In this document: piece after piece, positions 9,162 through 19,993 of the stretch | Position numbering within the stretch: position 1 is the first letter of the stretch | Layout: every line of letters begins with the position of its first letter | DNA from: an uncultured Bacteroidota bacterium | Lineage (GTDB): Bacteria; Bacteroidota; Bacteroidia; Chitinophagales; Chitinophagaceae | Direction of reading: 5' to 3' | Length of the DNA: 44,983 bases | Assembly: GCA_903953815.1 (NCBI GenBank) | Contig: CAJBLA010000197.1 | Location: forward strand, 1-44,983 | Translations under genes and position numbers: made by a program | The notes under the pieces: model-generated | What the model saw: the letters and a program-made list of their open reading frames with translations, nothing else | Told to the model about the DNA's origin: nothing | Databases searched by the model: none

Positions 9162-10646
9162 ATGGCAACAAGAAATTCTACAAACAACTCCCGCATTTTT
9201 GGTAAAGGCTTAACTTTTGACGACGTATTGTTAATGCCCGCGTATTCTGAAATTTTACCTTCAGAGGTAATCATTCACGCACATCTTACTAAAAATATTC
9301 AATTACATGTTCCAATTTTGTCCTCGGCAATGGATACCGTTACCGAAGCCAACTTAGCAATTGCACTTGCGCGCGAAGGCGGCATTGGCATTTTGCACAA
9401 AAACATGAGTATTGAAAGGCAGGCTGAACAGGTGCGTAAAGTAAAACGTAGCGAAAGTGGCATGATTGTAGATCCCATTACACTCGAAGTAACTGCAACA
9501 ATTGGAGATGCTTTAAAATTGATGAAGGAAAATAAAATTGGAGGTATTCCAATTGTTGACAAAACAAATAAGTTGGTAGGTATTTTAACCAATCGTGATT
9601 TAAGATTCGAGACCGATCGCAAACGTAAAGTAAGCGAAGTAATGACCAAAGAAAATTTAGTCATCGCTCCTGAAGGAACTGATTTAAAAAAAGCAGAGAA
9701 AATTTTACGCCAATATAAAATTGAAAAATTACCTGTTGTAAATAAACAAGGAAAATTAATAGGTTTAATTACATACCGTGATATTTTACAACTAAGTGCA
9801 TTCCCAAATGCAGTGAAAGATAAAATTGGCCGTTTATTAGTAGGTGCTGCTTTAGGTATCACCAAAGATTTATTAGATCGCGCTGCAGCACTTCAAAGTG
9901 TGGGCGTTGATATAGTTTCATTAGATAGCGCACATGGTCACAGCAAAGGTGTTATAGAAGCACTTAAATTATTGAAAAAAACTTATAAGAATTTACCAGT
10001 CATTGCTGGTAATGTAGCTACTGCTAGTGGCGCATTGGCCTTGGCCAATGCGGGAGCCGACGCCGTTAAAGTGGGTATCGGTCCAGGATCTATTTGTACT
10101 ACACGTATCGTAGCAGGTGCAGGTGTTCCGCAATTAACTGCGATCATGGAAGCAGCAAGGGCATTGAAAGGTAAAAACATCCCCATCATTGCAGATGGCG
10201 GTATTCGTTATACGGGTGATATGGTTAAAGCGTTAGCCGCAGGCGCGAACTGTGTAATGATGGGTAGCATTTTTGCAGGGACAGAAGAAAGCCCTGGTGA
10301 AACTATTATTTACGAAGGAAGAAAATTCAAAGGCTACAGAGGCATGGGAAGTATTGGTGCAATGAGTCAAGGAAGTGGAGATCGATATTTTCAAGAAAAT
10401 GAATCCGACAGCAAAAAATTTGTACCAGAAGGAATTGAAGGTCGCGTTGCTTACAAAGGAAATTTACATGAAATAGTATATCAATTTGTTGGTGGCCTAA
10501 AAGCGGGTATGGGCTACTGTGGTGCTAAAACAGTGAAGGATTTACAAAATGCCACTTTTGTTCAAATCACGAATGCAGGTATGAGAGAAAGCCATGCACA
10601 TGATGTTGAAGTAACAAGAGAAGCGCCTAATTATAGCCGCAAATAA
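9162..10646 (+). CDS. guaB: IMP dehydrogenase (start moved to MATRNS)
   Basis: [19 protein letters not shown] pair, [11 protein letters not shown] catalytic Cys motif. Confidence 0.98.
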   Translation: MATRNSTNNSRIFGKGLTFDDVLLMPAYSEILPSEVIIHAHLTKNIQLHVPILSSAMDTVTEANLAIALAREGGIGILHKNMSIERQAEQVRKVKRSESGMIVDPITLEVTATIGDALKLMKENKIGGIPIVDKTNKLVGILTNRDLRFETDRKRKVSEVMTKENLVIAPEGTDLKKAEKILRQYKIEKLPVVNKQGKLIGLITYRDILQLSAFPNAVKDKIGRLLVGAALGITKDLLDRAAALQSVGVDIVSLDSAHGHSKGVIEALKLLKKTYKNLPVIAGNVATASGALALANAGADAVKVGIGPGSICTTRIVAGAGVPQLTAIMEAARALKGKNIPIIADGGIRYTGDMVKALAAGANCVMMGSIFAGTEESPGETIIYEGRKFKGYRGMGSIGAMSQGSGDRYFQENESDSKKFVPEGIEGRVAYKGNLHEIVYQFVGGLKAGMGYCGAKTVKDLQNATFVQITNAGMRESHAHDVEVTREAPNYSRK

Positions 10647-10714
10647 GTTACAATCATTCAGTTTTAGTAAACGCGTCCATCAAATACGCTAACAACTTTT
10701 AAAAGCAAAATTCA

Positions 10715-11890
10715 ATGTTGAAGAAATATTTATTTATTTGTTTTTTTATTGGATCAAGTTTTTTAATCGCCAATAATTCAAAAGCACAAGCAAACGACAC
10801 ACCTCGTCTACAAATAAGTATACTTACCTGTGATGCAGGTGAGGATATTTATACCGCATGGGGACACACCGCTATTCGTGTGATTGACAGTGTTCAAGGA
10901 AGCGACTATGTTTTCAACTACGGCACATTTGATTTTGAAACACCCTTCTTTATATCAAAATTTGTAAAAGGAAGTTTGGAATATTTTATATCCGCAAATT
11001 ACTATGCCGATTTTTATGCGCAGTACCAATATGAAAAAAGAAATATAAAAGAGCAGGTCCTTAATTTATCTGCAACTGAAAAAATAAGATGGTATCAGGG
11101 ATTGAAAAAAAATATGATTGGAAAAAATAAATACTATTTATATAATTTCATCACAGACAATTGTACCACACGCGTAAAAGATGGGCTGTTTAATTTTTCA
11201 CATTACGTTCCCAATCGAAGTCAGGAAAAATCATTTAGGGAGAAAGTTGTCTTAGCGCCTTATCAAAAAGGTATTCCTTGGATTGGCCTAGGCATTGATT
11301 TATTGCTCGGTTCTTTTTCGGATCAAAAACCAACCGATCAACAAGCAGCATTTTTACCTGATTTACTTTTTGATCAAATAGCAGGAACAAGAAAATTAGT
11401 ACGATCAACCAATGTCTCTAATTTTAACAATGAAACTGCTGCAACTAAACCAAATACAACAGATAATAGCCCATTATTTATCTTAATCGGATTTTTAGCT
11501 TTGTATGCACTTAGCTTGATCTTTAAAAATAAATCTGTGCGTGTGATTGCTAGTGTCACGGATGTTATTTTATTACTTGCATTCACACTAGGCGGTAGTT
11601 TAATTTTTTACATGAGTTTTGTATCCAACCATACCGCCTGCTTTAATAACTTTAATATCATGTGGATGCACCCCTTATATATTATAGGTTTAATTGCTTA
11701 CTTTATAAAAAATGAATGGATTAGTCATATTGGTAAAGTATTTTTAGGTGCAGTTGTAGGATTAGTTATTGCTAGCTACTGGCTACCGCAACATTTTTCA
11801 ATTGAAGTATTTACATTAATCGCAATAGCATTAATTTTAAACTATCGCCTTATTCAAAGAGGGCAAAATAACATACAACATAAAAATTAA
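10715..11890 (+). CDS. DUF4105 protein, Lnb-type lipoprotein N-acyltransferase candidate
   Basis: SILTC, WGHTAIRV, FNYGTFDF and YNF..DNCTTR motifs, then about 5 C-terminal TM helices. Confidence 0.8.
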   Translation: MLKKYLFICFFIGSSFLIANNSKAQANDTPRLQISILTCDAGEDIYTAWGHTAIRVIDSVQGSDYVFNYGTFDFETPFFISKFVKGSLEYFISANYYADFYAQYQYEKRNIKEQVLNLSATEKIRWYQGLKKNMIGKNKYYLYNFITDNCTTRVKDGLFNFSHYVPNRSQEKSFREKVVLAPYQKGIPWIGLGIDLLLGSFSDQKPTDQQAAFLPDLLFDQIAGTRKLVRSTNVSNFNNETAATKPNTTDNSPLFILIGFLALYALSLIFKNKSVRVIASVTDVILLLAFTLGGSLIFYMSFVSNHTACFNNFNIMWMHPLYIIGLIAYFIKNEWISHIGKVFLGAVVGLVIASYWLPQHFSIEVFTLIAIALILNYRLIQRGQNNIQHKN

Positions 11891-11908
11891 CAATTTCAAC
11901 CGTATACC

Positions 11909-12667
11909 ATGTCAAAAATTATATTAATTACAGGCGCTAGTTCAGGATTTGGCAAAGCTATTGCTGAAAAATTTGCAGCTGGTGGTTGGAATTTAATTTT
12001 AACTGCACGTCGCAAGGAAAAATTAGCAGAAGTGGCTACGGCTATTGAAAAAAAATACGGTGTAAAAACCTTAAGCCTGGTATTTGATGTGCAAGATAAG
12101 GAAGCGGTTTTTGCGCAATTAAATAATTTGCCTGCAGCATGGCAAGCAGTTGATATTTTAGTCAATAACGCTGGCCTTGCATTAGGACGCGACTCTTTCC
12201 TGGATGCGAATATAGAAGACTGGGAAACCATGATTGATACCAATGTAAAAGGTTTACTTTATACTTCAAAAGCGGTATTACCATATTTAATAAAACAACA
12301 AGGGCATATCATAAATATTGGAAGTACAGCGGGTAAGGAAGTGTACAAGGATGGTAATGTTTATTGCGCATCCAAACATGCAGTGGATGCAATTAGCAAA
12401 GCACAGAGAATTGATTTGTTGCCTTATAAAATTAAAGTTTCGGTGATTCATCCTGGTGCAGTTGAAACCGATTTTTCATTGGTTCGTTTTAAAGGCGATG
12501 CAACTAAAGCTGCAGCAGTATATGCTGGCTATGAGCCATTAAAAGCCGAAGATGTCGCTGACACTGCTTGGTATGTAGCCAATGTTCCCAAACATGTTTG
12601 TATTAATGATGTGGTGATGACTTGTGTAGCGCAAGCCAACTCCATGCATTTACATAAGGACGCATAA
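11909..12667 (+). CDS. SDR family NAD(P)-dependent oxidoreductase (YdfG-like)
   Basis: TGASSGFG, LVNNAG and YCASK motifs. Confidence 0.93.
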   Translation: MSKIILITGASSGFGKAIAEKFAAGGWNLILTARRKEKLAEVATAIEKKYGVKTLSLVFDVQDKEAVFAQLNNLPAAWQAVDILVNNAGLALGRDSFLDANIEDWETMIDTNVKGLLYTSKAVLPYLIKQQGHIINIGSTAGKEVYKDGNVYCASKHAVDAISKAQRIDLLPYKIKVSVIHPGAVETDFSLVRFKGDATKAAAVYAGYEPLKAEDVADTAWYVANVPKHVCINDVVMTCVAQANSMHLHKDA

Positions 12668-12734
12668 TTTTCTAGTAAAATTTTTAGGTAAGCTGTTATT
12701 AAAACGGCCGGGGTGAAGCAGAGATTAGAAATGA

Positions 12735-13727
12735 TTATCCAAAGTCAATTTCCGTATTGTCTCCAATGTTTAAGCTTCGGCTCAACCCTTTTACTGACGC
12801 GTCACTCCCAATCAATGAATTATCTAAAACCACTTCATCTAGTGTGGTATAGGAGCCAATAATACTATCACGTACAATAGAGCTTTTGATATTGGTATTA
12901 TTACCAATCGTGACATGCGGTCCAATGATGGAATTTTCAATTACACAATCATCCGCAATACTTACTGGTGGAATGATGATGCTATTGGTATATAAATTTG
13001 GGTTCACTGAAATCCCACCCGATTTTTTCAGCAATACTGCATTGGTTTCTAATAAGGACTCTTTTTTACCGCAATCATACCAATGCTTTACTTTAAAGGA
13101 TTTAAACTGCACTCCTTTTTTAATCATACACTCCAAAGCATCCGTTAAATTATATTCTCCCTGAGATTTAATATTATCATTAAATAATTGTTGAAAGCAT
13201 TCAAACAAAATTTCGGATTCTTTGATCTTATACAAACCAACCAAGGCGTTATTACTTTTTGGAATCGCCGGCTTTTCTACAGCATGATCAATAAAGCCAT
13301 CTTCGTTTATTTCAGCAACACCAAATTGACGGGGGTCATCTACTTTTTTTACCCCCAACATGCTAATTGGACTTTCCATCACTTCCTTAATATCAAATTC
13401 GCAAATGGTATCACCTAATGCAATAAACACTTCATCATTATTCACAATGGCCTTGGTTAATTCAATGGCATGTGCCGTTCCTTGACGATCATTTTGATAA
13501 ACAAAATGGGTATTCAAATTTGGATAAGTAGCTTGTACATAATCCTGAATCTTCTCCCCCAAGTAACCAACGATAAAAATAAATTCTTTAATTCCTGCTT
13601 CCCTTAATTGATCAACAATAAAGCTAAGTATGGTTTTACCTGCAATCGGAATGAGCGCTTTGGGTTGCGTATAAGTATGTGGGCGTAATTTTGCACCTGC
13701 ACCTGCCACTGGAATAATCGCCTTCAT
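12735..13727 (-). CDS. Sugar-phosphate nucleotidyltransferase with C-terminal hexapeptide repeats (start moved to MKAIIP)
   Basis: AGAGAKLRPHT..PK, G.AHA, EKP and WYDCG motifs; left-handed beta-helix repeats. Confidence 0.9.
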   Translation of the reverse strand: MKAIIPVAGAGAKLRPHTYTQPKALIPIAGKTILSFIVDQLREAGIKEFIFIVGYLGEKIQDYVQATYPNLNTHFVYQNDRQGTAHAIELTKAIVNNDEVFIALGDTICEFDIKEVMESPISMLGVKKVDDPRQFGVAEINEDGFIDHAVEKPAIPKSNNALVGLYKIKESEILFECFQQLFNDNIKSQGEYNLTDALECMIKKGVQFKSFKVKHWYDCGKKESLLETNAVLLKKSGGISVNPNLYTNSIIIPPVSIADDCVIENSIIGPHVTIGNNTNIKSSIVRDSIIGSYTTLDEVVLDNSLIGSDASVKGLSRSLNIGDNTEIDFG

Positions 13728-13860
13728 TGTTTGGATTTTAGGGGGTGATAAAAGTAGCAAATAACTGTTAGTAATGACGCAATTTGGGCACCCAAATAGC
13801 CAAATACAATAAAACTTGTTGAAAATGTGGATATTAGGACGCTAACTGTTGAAAGAAAGC

Positions 13861-13891
13861 TTTGCGTAGGGGTTATAATGAATTAATTTTG
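13861..13891 (+). promoter_or_regulatory. -33/-7 promoter for glyA
   Basis: TTTG (13861-13864), 19-nt spacer, TAATTTTG (13884-13891). Confidence 0.75.
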
Positions 13892-13919
13892 CAAAATAGC
13901 ACACTATAAATAAAGAATT

Positions 13920-15200
13920 ATGCAAAGAGATACCCTGGTTTTTGACATCATCAATCAAGAATTACAACGCCAAAGAAGAGGCATAGAATTAATCGCATCT
14001 GAAAACTTTACCAGCTTACAAGTAATGCAAGCAATGGGTGGTGTGATGACCAATAAATATGCCGAAGGATATCCTGGTCGTCGCTATTATGGCGGTTGTG
14101 AAATTGTAGATAAAACAGAGACTTTAGCTATAGACCGTTTAAAGGAAATATTTGGATTGGAATATGCCAATGTACAACCACATAGTGGTGCACAAGCAAA
14201 TGCTGCTTTAATGTTAGCAATTTTACAACCAGGTGATGGCATCCTTGGTTTGGACCTAAGTATGGGTGGTCACTTAACACATGGAAGTAGTGTAAACTTT
14301 TCAGGTAAAACATATACCCCACATTTTTATGGTGTGGTGAAAGAAACTGGCTTGATTGACTATGATACCTTAGAAAGCCAAGCAAGAACACATAAACCTA
14401 AATTAATTATTTGTGGCGCAAGTGCATACAGCCGTGATATTGACTATGCTAGAATCAGAAAAGTAGCAGACGAAGTAGGTGCATTTGTATTAGCTGATAT
14501 TGCACACCCAGCGGGCTTAATAGCAAAAGGATTATTAAGTTCTCCATTTAATCATTGTCATTTTGTAACCTCTACTACCCACAAAACATTACGTGGACCT
14601 CGTGGTGGTGTAATTATGATGGCGAAAGATGGTGAGAATACTTTAGGATTAAAAGATGTAAAAGGAAATTTAAGATTGTGGTCAAACGTGATTGATATGG
14701 CTGTTTTCCCTGGAACACAAGGTGGACCATTGGAGCATGTGATTGCAGCTAAAGCTATTGCCTTTGGTGAAATTTTATCCGATGAATTCACAGTTTACGC
14801 GAAGCAAGTACAAAAAAATGCACAAGCGATGGCTGCAGCATTTGTTGCAAAAGGATATGAAATTATCAGTGGTGGTACTGATAACCATTTAATGTTAATT
14901 GACTTACGTAATAAAAATATTAGTGGTAAAAAGGCAGAACAAGTTTTAGGACATGCCGATATTACTGCGAATAAAAATATGGTGCCTTACGATGACAAAT
15001 CTGCATTTGTAACATCAGGTATCCGTTTTGGTGTTGCTGCAATAACAACTCGTGGCATGACTGAAACACATATTCCATTTGTAGTTGAATCCATTGACAC
15101 CGCTTTAATGAATGCTGATAACGAAACAGTTTTAACAAATACTAAGAAAGAGGTGAATAAGTTCATGGAGCAGTTTGTTCTGTATCCCGAACTAGGATAA
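13920..15200 (+). CDS. glyA: Serine hydroxymethyltransferase
   Basis: [28 protein letters not shown] and [12 protein letters not shown] motifs. Confidence 0.99.
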   Translation: MQRDTLVFDIINQELQRQRRGIELIASENFTSLQVMQAMGGVMTNKYAEGYPGRRYYGGCEIVDKTETLAIDRLKEIFGLEYANVQPHSGAQANAALMLAILQPGDGILGLDLSMGGHLTHGSSVNFSGKTYTPHFYGVVKETGLIDYDTLESQARTHKPKLIICGASAYSRDIDYARIRKVADEVGAFVLADIAHPAGLIAKGLLSSPFNHCHFVTSTTHKTLRGPRGGVIMMAKDGENTLGLKDVKGNLRLWSNVIDMAVFPGTQGGPLEHVIAAKAIAFGEILSDEFTVYAKQVQKNAQAMAAAFVAKGYEIISGGTDNHLMLIDLRNKNISGKKAEQVLGHADITANKNMVPYDDKSAFVTSGIRFGVAAITTRGMTETHIPFVVESIDTALMNADNETVLTNTKKEVNKFMEQFVLYPELG

Positions 15201-15217
15201 TAGTTTAACTTTATACT

Positions 15218-15619
15218 ATGATACAAAGAATACAATCCATTTGGTTATTGCTAGCAAGCGCAGCTGCTTTTTCAGTATTGCGCTTCCCTTTTTACTATAC
15301 TCCAACGCCATTTGCATTAGAAATTAATGGCAGTGCACAATATAGCACCCTTATATCATTGGCATTTAGCGCATGCTTATCATTCATCACCATTTTTTTA
15401 TATGGCAATCGTATGCTGCAATTAAAAGTGGTACTTGTAAATTTCTTACTCTCTATTTTAATTGGCTATTTTATTTATACCACTGTAGTGGCGAATCCAG
15501 GCGGTGGCTTCACCCTGCCATCTATCGCATTATTTATCATCCCTGTATTTCAAATACTAGCAATGATCAAAATTTACCAAGATGAAAAATTGGTGAAAAG
15601 CACTGATCGATTAAGGTAG
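15218..15619 (+). CDS. DUF4293 family membrane protein
   Basis: MIQRIQS N-terminus, DEKLVKS.DRLR C-terminus, 4 TM segments. Confidence 0.85.
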   Translation: MIQRIQSIWLLLASAAAFSVLRFPFYYTPTPFALEINGSAQYSTLISLAFSACLSFITIFLYGNRMLQLKVVLVNFLLSILIGYFIYTTVVANPGGGFTLPSIALFIIPVFQILAMIKIYQDEKLVKSTDRLR

Positions 15620-15625
15620 TTTGAT

Positions 15626-15964
15626 CTAAGCCGCCTCTAGCTCCTTCTCTATTGCATTTTGCACCAATTGATTTAGACTAATGCCTTTCATGATTGCAAG
15701 CATTGCCGCCTTTTTATGCATATCTGGTTTTACGCGTACATTAAAAGATCCCTTAAAACTTTTTAACAAAGGCTTCTTGAAATGCTTACAAGACTCAATA
15801 TATTCATTTACGGCCTCTTTAAACATCTCTTTTATTTCTGTAACTGAAGTACCCTCATACATAATAGTATCATAAATGCCTTCAATTTTTCCAAATAAGA
15901 CCTGGTCTTCATCACTATAACTTACTGATCCCAGAAATCCTTTATAGCTTAATGTGTTTTTCAT
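15626..15964 (-). CDS. hicB: Type II antitoxin HicB
   Basis: L.YKGF.GSV.YS.ED..LFGKI.GI, F..AV..Y and C-terminal RHH (GSFNVRV...H...SLN). Confidence 0.93.
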   Translation of the reverse strand: MKNTLSYKGFLGSVSYSDEDQVLFGKIEGIYDTIMYEGTSVTEIKEMFKEAVNEYIESCKHFKKPLLKSFKGSFNVRVKPDMHKKAAMLAIMKGISLNQLVQNAIEKELEAA

Positions 15965-16218
15965 ATAATTTCAAATGATTTTAAATCCTCAATAATTATT
16001 TTTAAATAAAAGTGTTTTACAATTTTTCCTGGATGCGGTTTATGGATTTTGAATTTATGGTAATTGATTTCATTATAAAATTCAACCCTTGATCCAGAAG
16101 TTTTTCCAAGATTACTTTCTTCATATCCTAAACTTCGTAACAATGTTTTCAATTCATCATAAGTGAAATCCTTAGGAACACTTAAGAACCTTTCTAGTAG
16201 TTTGTTTTTCTTTGTCAT
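15961..16218 (-). CDS. hicA: Type II toxin HicA (start moved to MTKKNK)
   Basis: PKDFTYDEL..LL..LGY, GKTSGSRV.F and HKPHP motifs; ATGA overlap with hicB. Confidence 0.92.
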   Translation of the reverse strand: MTKKNKLLERFLSVPKDFTYDELKTLLRSLGYEESNLGKTSGSRVEFYNEINYHKFKIHKPHPGKIVKHFYLKIIIEDLKSFEII

Positions 16219-16224
16219 ACAAAA

Positions 16225-16255
16225 TTGCAACTATTTTTTAGTTACAACAAAAATA
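16225..16255 (-). promoter_or_regulatory. hicAB -7 element (TATTTTTG, 16248-16255) with an adjacent operator-like palindrome (16225-16247)
   Basis: TTGCAACTA-N5-TAGTTACAA inverted repeat (8/9 match) covering the predicted transcription start. Confidence 0.7.
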
Positions 16256-16324
16256 ACACAAGAAATTTAGATGTAGCTACTTTATTTTACATAATAGCTT
16301 GATTTTAAATAAGTTACATAGAAT

Positions 16325-19180
16325 CTAGTCTAAGTACTTCCCAGTTTGGGAGGCCTTGCATTTGGATAATCCTTTGGGGATTCCGGCATAAACAACGGTT
16401 CCGCCATCCACGCCTGCTTCTGGGCCCATATCTATTACCCAGTCCGCCACTTTAATCACATCGGTATTATGTTCCACTACGATGAGTGAATGTCCTTGCT
16501 CAATTAAAGCATTAAATGCTTTTAATAATTTATGGATATCATGAAAATGTAAACCTGTGGTTGGTTCATCAAAAATGAATAACATTTTATTGCTTGCTTT
16601 TCCTTTGCCTAAAAAGCTGGCTAGTTTTACGCGCTGCGCTTCTCCACCACTTAAGGTACTACTACTTTGTCCCAACTTCACATAACCCAATCCTACTTCT
16701 TGTAATGGACTTATAGCAAATACAATATTTTTTTCCTCGCTAAAAAATGCAATGGCTTCGTCCACACTCATCTCCAATACTTCAAAAATATTTTTTCCCT
16801 TATACTGCACTTCTAACACTGCTTCCTTAAATCTTTTTCCATTACAATCCTCACAGGTTAAATGCACATCCGCTAAAAATTGCATTTCTACCAATTGCTC
16901 CCCTTCGCCCTTACAGGTATCACATCTGCCACCATCCACATTGAATGAAAAGTGCTTAGGTAAAAATCCTCTGATTTTTGATAGCGCTTGTTTAGAATAT
17001 AAATCTCTTATGGCATCATACGCTTTAATATAAGTAACTGGATTACTTCTTGATGATTTACCAATAGGATTTTGATCGACCATTTCAATTTGATCTATCA
17101 AATGTAAATCACCACTGATGGCATTATAGCCACCCACAATTTCAGTAGGTAATTGTTTGGCTTTTAATAAGGCATTGTATAAAACTTGTTTAACCAGTGT
17201 TGTTTTTCCGCTACCACTCACCCCGCTTACCACACATAAACTATGCAATGGGAATTGCACATCAATATTTTTTAAATTATGTAAGTAAGCCCCTTCTATT
17301 TTTATAAAGTGTTTTGGCACTCTTGTTTTATCTGGAATAGGTATAGATAATACACCGCTTAAATACTTGCCCGTCAAACTGTTTTTATCCTTGATCAATG
17401 CTGCTGCATTCCCTGCTGCAACTATCTCTCCACCCTGATGTGCAGCGAGTGGCCCCATGTCAATAATATAATCTGCATGTCGCATAATTTGTTCATCATG
17501 CTCCACGACCACCACAGTGTTTCCTAAATCTCTTAGGTTTTGTAAAACTTTAATTAACCTTTCTGTATCCCTTGAATGCAATCCAATACTTGGTTCATCT
17601 AAAATATACAAGGAGTTCGTTAAATTACTTCCCAAACATCTGGTTAATTGTATTCTTTGACTTTCGCCCCCACTCAAACTATTGGCCAAACGTGATAAGG
17701 TTAAATAACCCAAGCCTACATCCATTAAAGTTTGTATGCGCTGTTCAAGTTCTATTAATAATCTTTTGGCTACTTGATTATCATGCGCAGATAATTTTAA
17801 ATCCGTAAACCAAATTTGTAAATCTCTTACTGGCATCGCACACAATTCTCCAATATGCTTACCTCCTATTTTTACATATAATGCTTCCTTGCGGACACGG
17901 TATCCTTCACAATCGGAACAATTGGTTCGGCCTCGATACCTACTTAACATCACCCTAAATTGCACTTTATACAAATGTGCTTTTACATCTTCAAAAAAAG
18001 CATCAATCCCTAACGCTTTACCAATCCCTTTCCATAATTGGGTTTCCTGCGTTTTGGTTAATTTATTAATCGGTTGATGGATGGGGAATCCTAGCTTTCC
18101 TGCTTCTTTCACAAACTGATCCTTCCACCAAACTAATTTTTCTCCTTTCCAGGGTGCCACTCCACCATCATACACCGATAAGTTTGGATTGGGGATGACT
18201 AAATTTTCATCAATTCCTAATACCTGACTATAGCCTTCGCAGGTAGGACATGCCCCATAAGGATTATTGAATGAAAATAAATTAGGACTGGGTTCATCAA
18301 ATTCAATACCATCCAATGTGAACTTATTATTGAATGTTTTTAAGATAGTATCATTTTGCTCCACCCATAATAAGCCTTCTCCTTCGTAAAAAGCAGTTCC
18401 AATAGAATCACTGATTCTGTGAATATCATCCTCATCAAAATCTTTTACAACCACCCTGTCTATTAAAACATATACATCATGTGCCTTTACCAATTTGGTG
18501 ATTTCCGCCTTGGTCATCGCTAATGCATCTTCAATTCTTAAAATGGTCGATGTGGATTCCGCTGATTTTGCTTTTTTATCATTGACAGATGCAGCACCTG
18601 CCCTTAAGTAAATACGGGCGAAGCCTTTTTGTAATAAAATATTTAACTCCTCCTGAATATCTCGTTTCGCTTGTTGCTTGAATGGAACAATAATGACCAT
18701 TTTGTCTCCGGCCTTCCCTTTTTGAATAAACTCCAACACATCCTGCACATCCTGCTTTTTTACTTCCTGTCCACTGATGGGTGAGATGGTTTTACCAACG
18801 CGCGCATAAAATACACGGAGATACTCATAAATTTCAGTCATGCTCCCCACTGTACTTCGCGGGGTACGTGTTACCACTTTTTGCTCAATAGCGATGGCTG
18901 GACACAAACCTTTGATATAATCCACATCTGGCTTGCCCATGCGGGACATAAACTGCCTTGCATAGGAGGAAAGACTTTCCGCATAGCGTCTTTGCCCCTC
19001 CGCAAATAAGGTATCAATGGTTAAAGATGATTTACCGCTGCCTGAGACCCCTGTAACCACAATAAATTGGTTCCGCGGGAATAAAGCGTTTACATTTTTT
19101 AAATTATGCACCCTTGCACCCACAACTTGTATGTCATTACTTACCGATGGGGCTTTTTTCACTTTTTTAGTCTCCAGCAT
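16325..19180 (-). CDS. uvrA: Excinuclease ABC subunit A (start moved to MLETKK)
   Basis: GAR.HNLKN, two GVSGSGK Walker A motifs, EGQRRYAES, FSFN, Zn-finger Cys pairs, two LSGGE motifs. Confidence 0.97.
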   Translation of the reverse strand: MLETKKVKKAPSVSNDIQVVGARVHNLKNVNALFPRNQFIVVTGVSGSGKSSLTIDTLFAEGQRRYAESLSSYARQFMSRMGKPDVDYIKGLCPAIAIEQKVVTRTPRSTVGSMTEIYEYLRVFYARVGKTISPISGQEVKKQDVQDVLEFIQKGKAGDKMVIIVPFKQQAKRDIQEELNILLQKGFARIYLRAGAASVNDKKAKSAESTSTILRIEDALAMTKAEITKLVKAHDVYVLIDRVVVKDFDEDDIHRISDSIGTAFYEGEGLLWVEQNDTILKTFNNKFTLDGIEFDEPSPNLFSFNNPYGACPTCEGYSQVLGIDENLVIPNPNLSVYDGGVAPWKGEKLVWWKDQFVKEAGKLGFPIHQPINKLTKTQETQLWKGIGKALGIDAFFEDVKAHLYKVQFRVMLSRYRGRTNCSDCEGYRVRKEALYVKIGGKHIGELCAMPVRDLQIWFTDLKLSAHDNQVAKRLLIELEQRIQTLMDVGLGYLTLSRLANSLSGGESQRIQLTRCLGSNLTNSLYILDEPSIGLHSRDTERLIKVLQNLRDLGNTVVVVEHDEQIMRHADYIIDMGPLAAHQGGEIVAAGNAAALIKDKNSLTGKYLSGVLSIPIPDKTRVPKHFIKIEGAYLHNLKNIDVQFPLHSLCVVSGVSGSGKTTLVKQVLYNALLKAKQLPTEIVGGYNAISGDLHLIDQIEMVDQNPIGKSSRSNPVTYIKAYDAIRDLYSKQALSKIRGFLPKHFSFNVDGGRCDTCKGEGEQLVEMQFLADVHLTCEDCNGKRFKEAVLEVQYKGKNIFEVLEMSVDEAIAFFSEEKNIVFAISPLQEVGLGYVKLGQSSSTLSGGEAQRVKLASFLGKGKASNKMLFIFDEPTTGLHFHDIHKLLKAFNALIEQGHSLIVVEHNTDVIKVADWVIDMGPEAGVDGGTVVYAGIPKGLSKCKASQTGKYLD

Positions 19181-19355
19181 ATAGCAAATTAACACAATCC
19201 TAGGCAATTGGTTCAAGGATTTGATAGTTTCTTTTCCCACTAAAAATGTGGATAGCTTTTAAGTGATTTTCTTGTTTTCCACAAATGGAATTTCAACCCA
19301 TTTTGCGAGTAATTTTCCAATACTAACCTATCGAACTACTATAAAAAAACAAGGC

Positions 19356-19937
19356 ATGAACAAAACTGTACTCCTAAGCGACTATGAATTAATTGCGTCC
19401 TTTCAACAAGGAAATACCCGCGCCTTTGACACCTTAATTGACCGTTACCAAGAAAAAATTTATAACACCATTTTATTTATGGTGAAAGACAGTTATTTAG
19501 CGGAGGATTTGATTCAGGAAATTTTTATTAAAATTATCGACAACATCAAACAAAAAAAATACGCAGAAGAAGGTAAGTTTTTACCTTGGGCTTTGCGCAT
19601 TTCTCACAACTTTTGTATCGATCATTTTAGAAAAGTAAAGCGTACACCAACCATTAAAACAAGTGATGATCAGGATATATTTGAAGTGATTAAATTTTCA
19701 GACCACGCTGCAGATTATAAAATGACGCGTAGTCAAACACATAAAAATATTCAAGAATTGGTGGACTTACTTCCTGAAGAACAAAGAGAAATTATTGTTT
19801 TAAGACATTATGCCAATTTGAGCTTTAAGGAAATCGCGCAAATGACCAACTGCAGTATCAATACCGCTTTAGGAAGAATGCGTTACGGTTTGATCAACCT
19901 TAGAAAGATGATGAACGAACGTGGCATGAGCCTATAA
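19356..19937 (+). CDS. ECF sigma-70 factor (start moved to MNKTVL)
   Basis: AEDLIQE.FIK, F.PW..RI.HN.CID.FRK and region 4 LP.EQRE...LSFKEIA...INTALGRMRY. Confidence 0.93.
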   Translation: MNKTVLLSDYELIASFQQGNTRAFDTLIDRYQEKIYNTILFMVKDSYLAEDLIQEIFIKIIDNIKQKKYAEEGKFLPWALRISHNFCIDHFRKVKRTPTIKTSDDQDIFEVIKFSDHAADYKMTRSQTHKNIQELVDLLPEEQREIIVLRHYANLSFKEIAQMTNCSINTALGRMRYGLINLRKMMNERGMSL

Positions 19938-19976
19938 ATATATTGCTATCAAGAAAATATAATAGCAATATATTTA
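19935..19976. repeat. Perfect 15-bp inverted repeat with 12-nt loop at the sigma gene stop codon
   Basis: TAAATATATTGCTAT (19935-19949) / ATAGCAATATATTTA (19962-19976). Confidence 0.9.
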
Positions 19977-19993
19977 ATCCTCTTATGATTTTA

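Noticed and set aside
9299-9865. 188-aa antisense ORF inside guaB, and similar shadow ORFs (e.g. 20771-21229, 30243-30635, 32947-33306, 37343-37717)
   Set aside because: They fully overlap well-supported genes and show no recognisable motifs; expected from codon bias
19235-19290. Replication origin suggested by DnaA-box-like sites
   Set aside because: Only 2-3 imperfect boxes per short promoter gap and no obvious unwinding element
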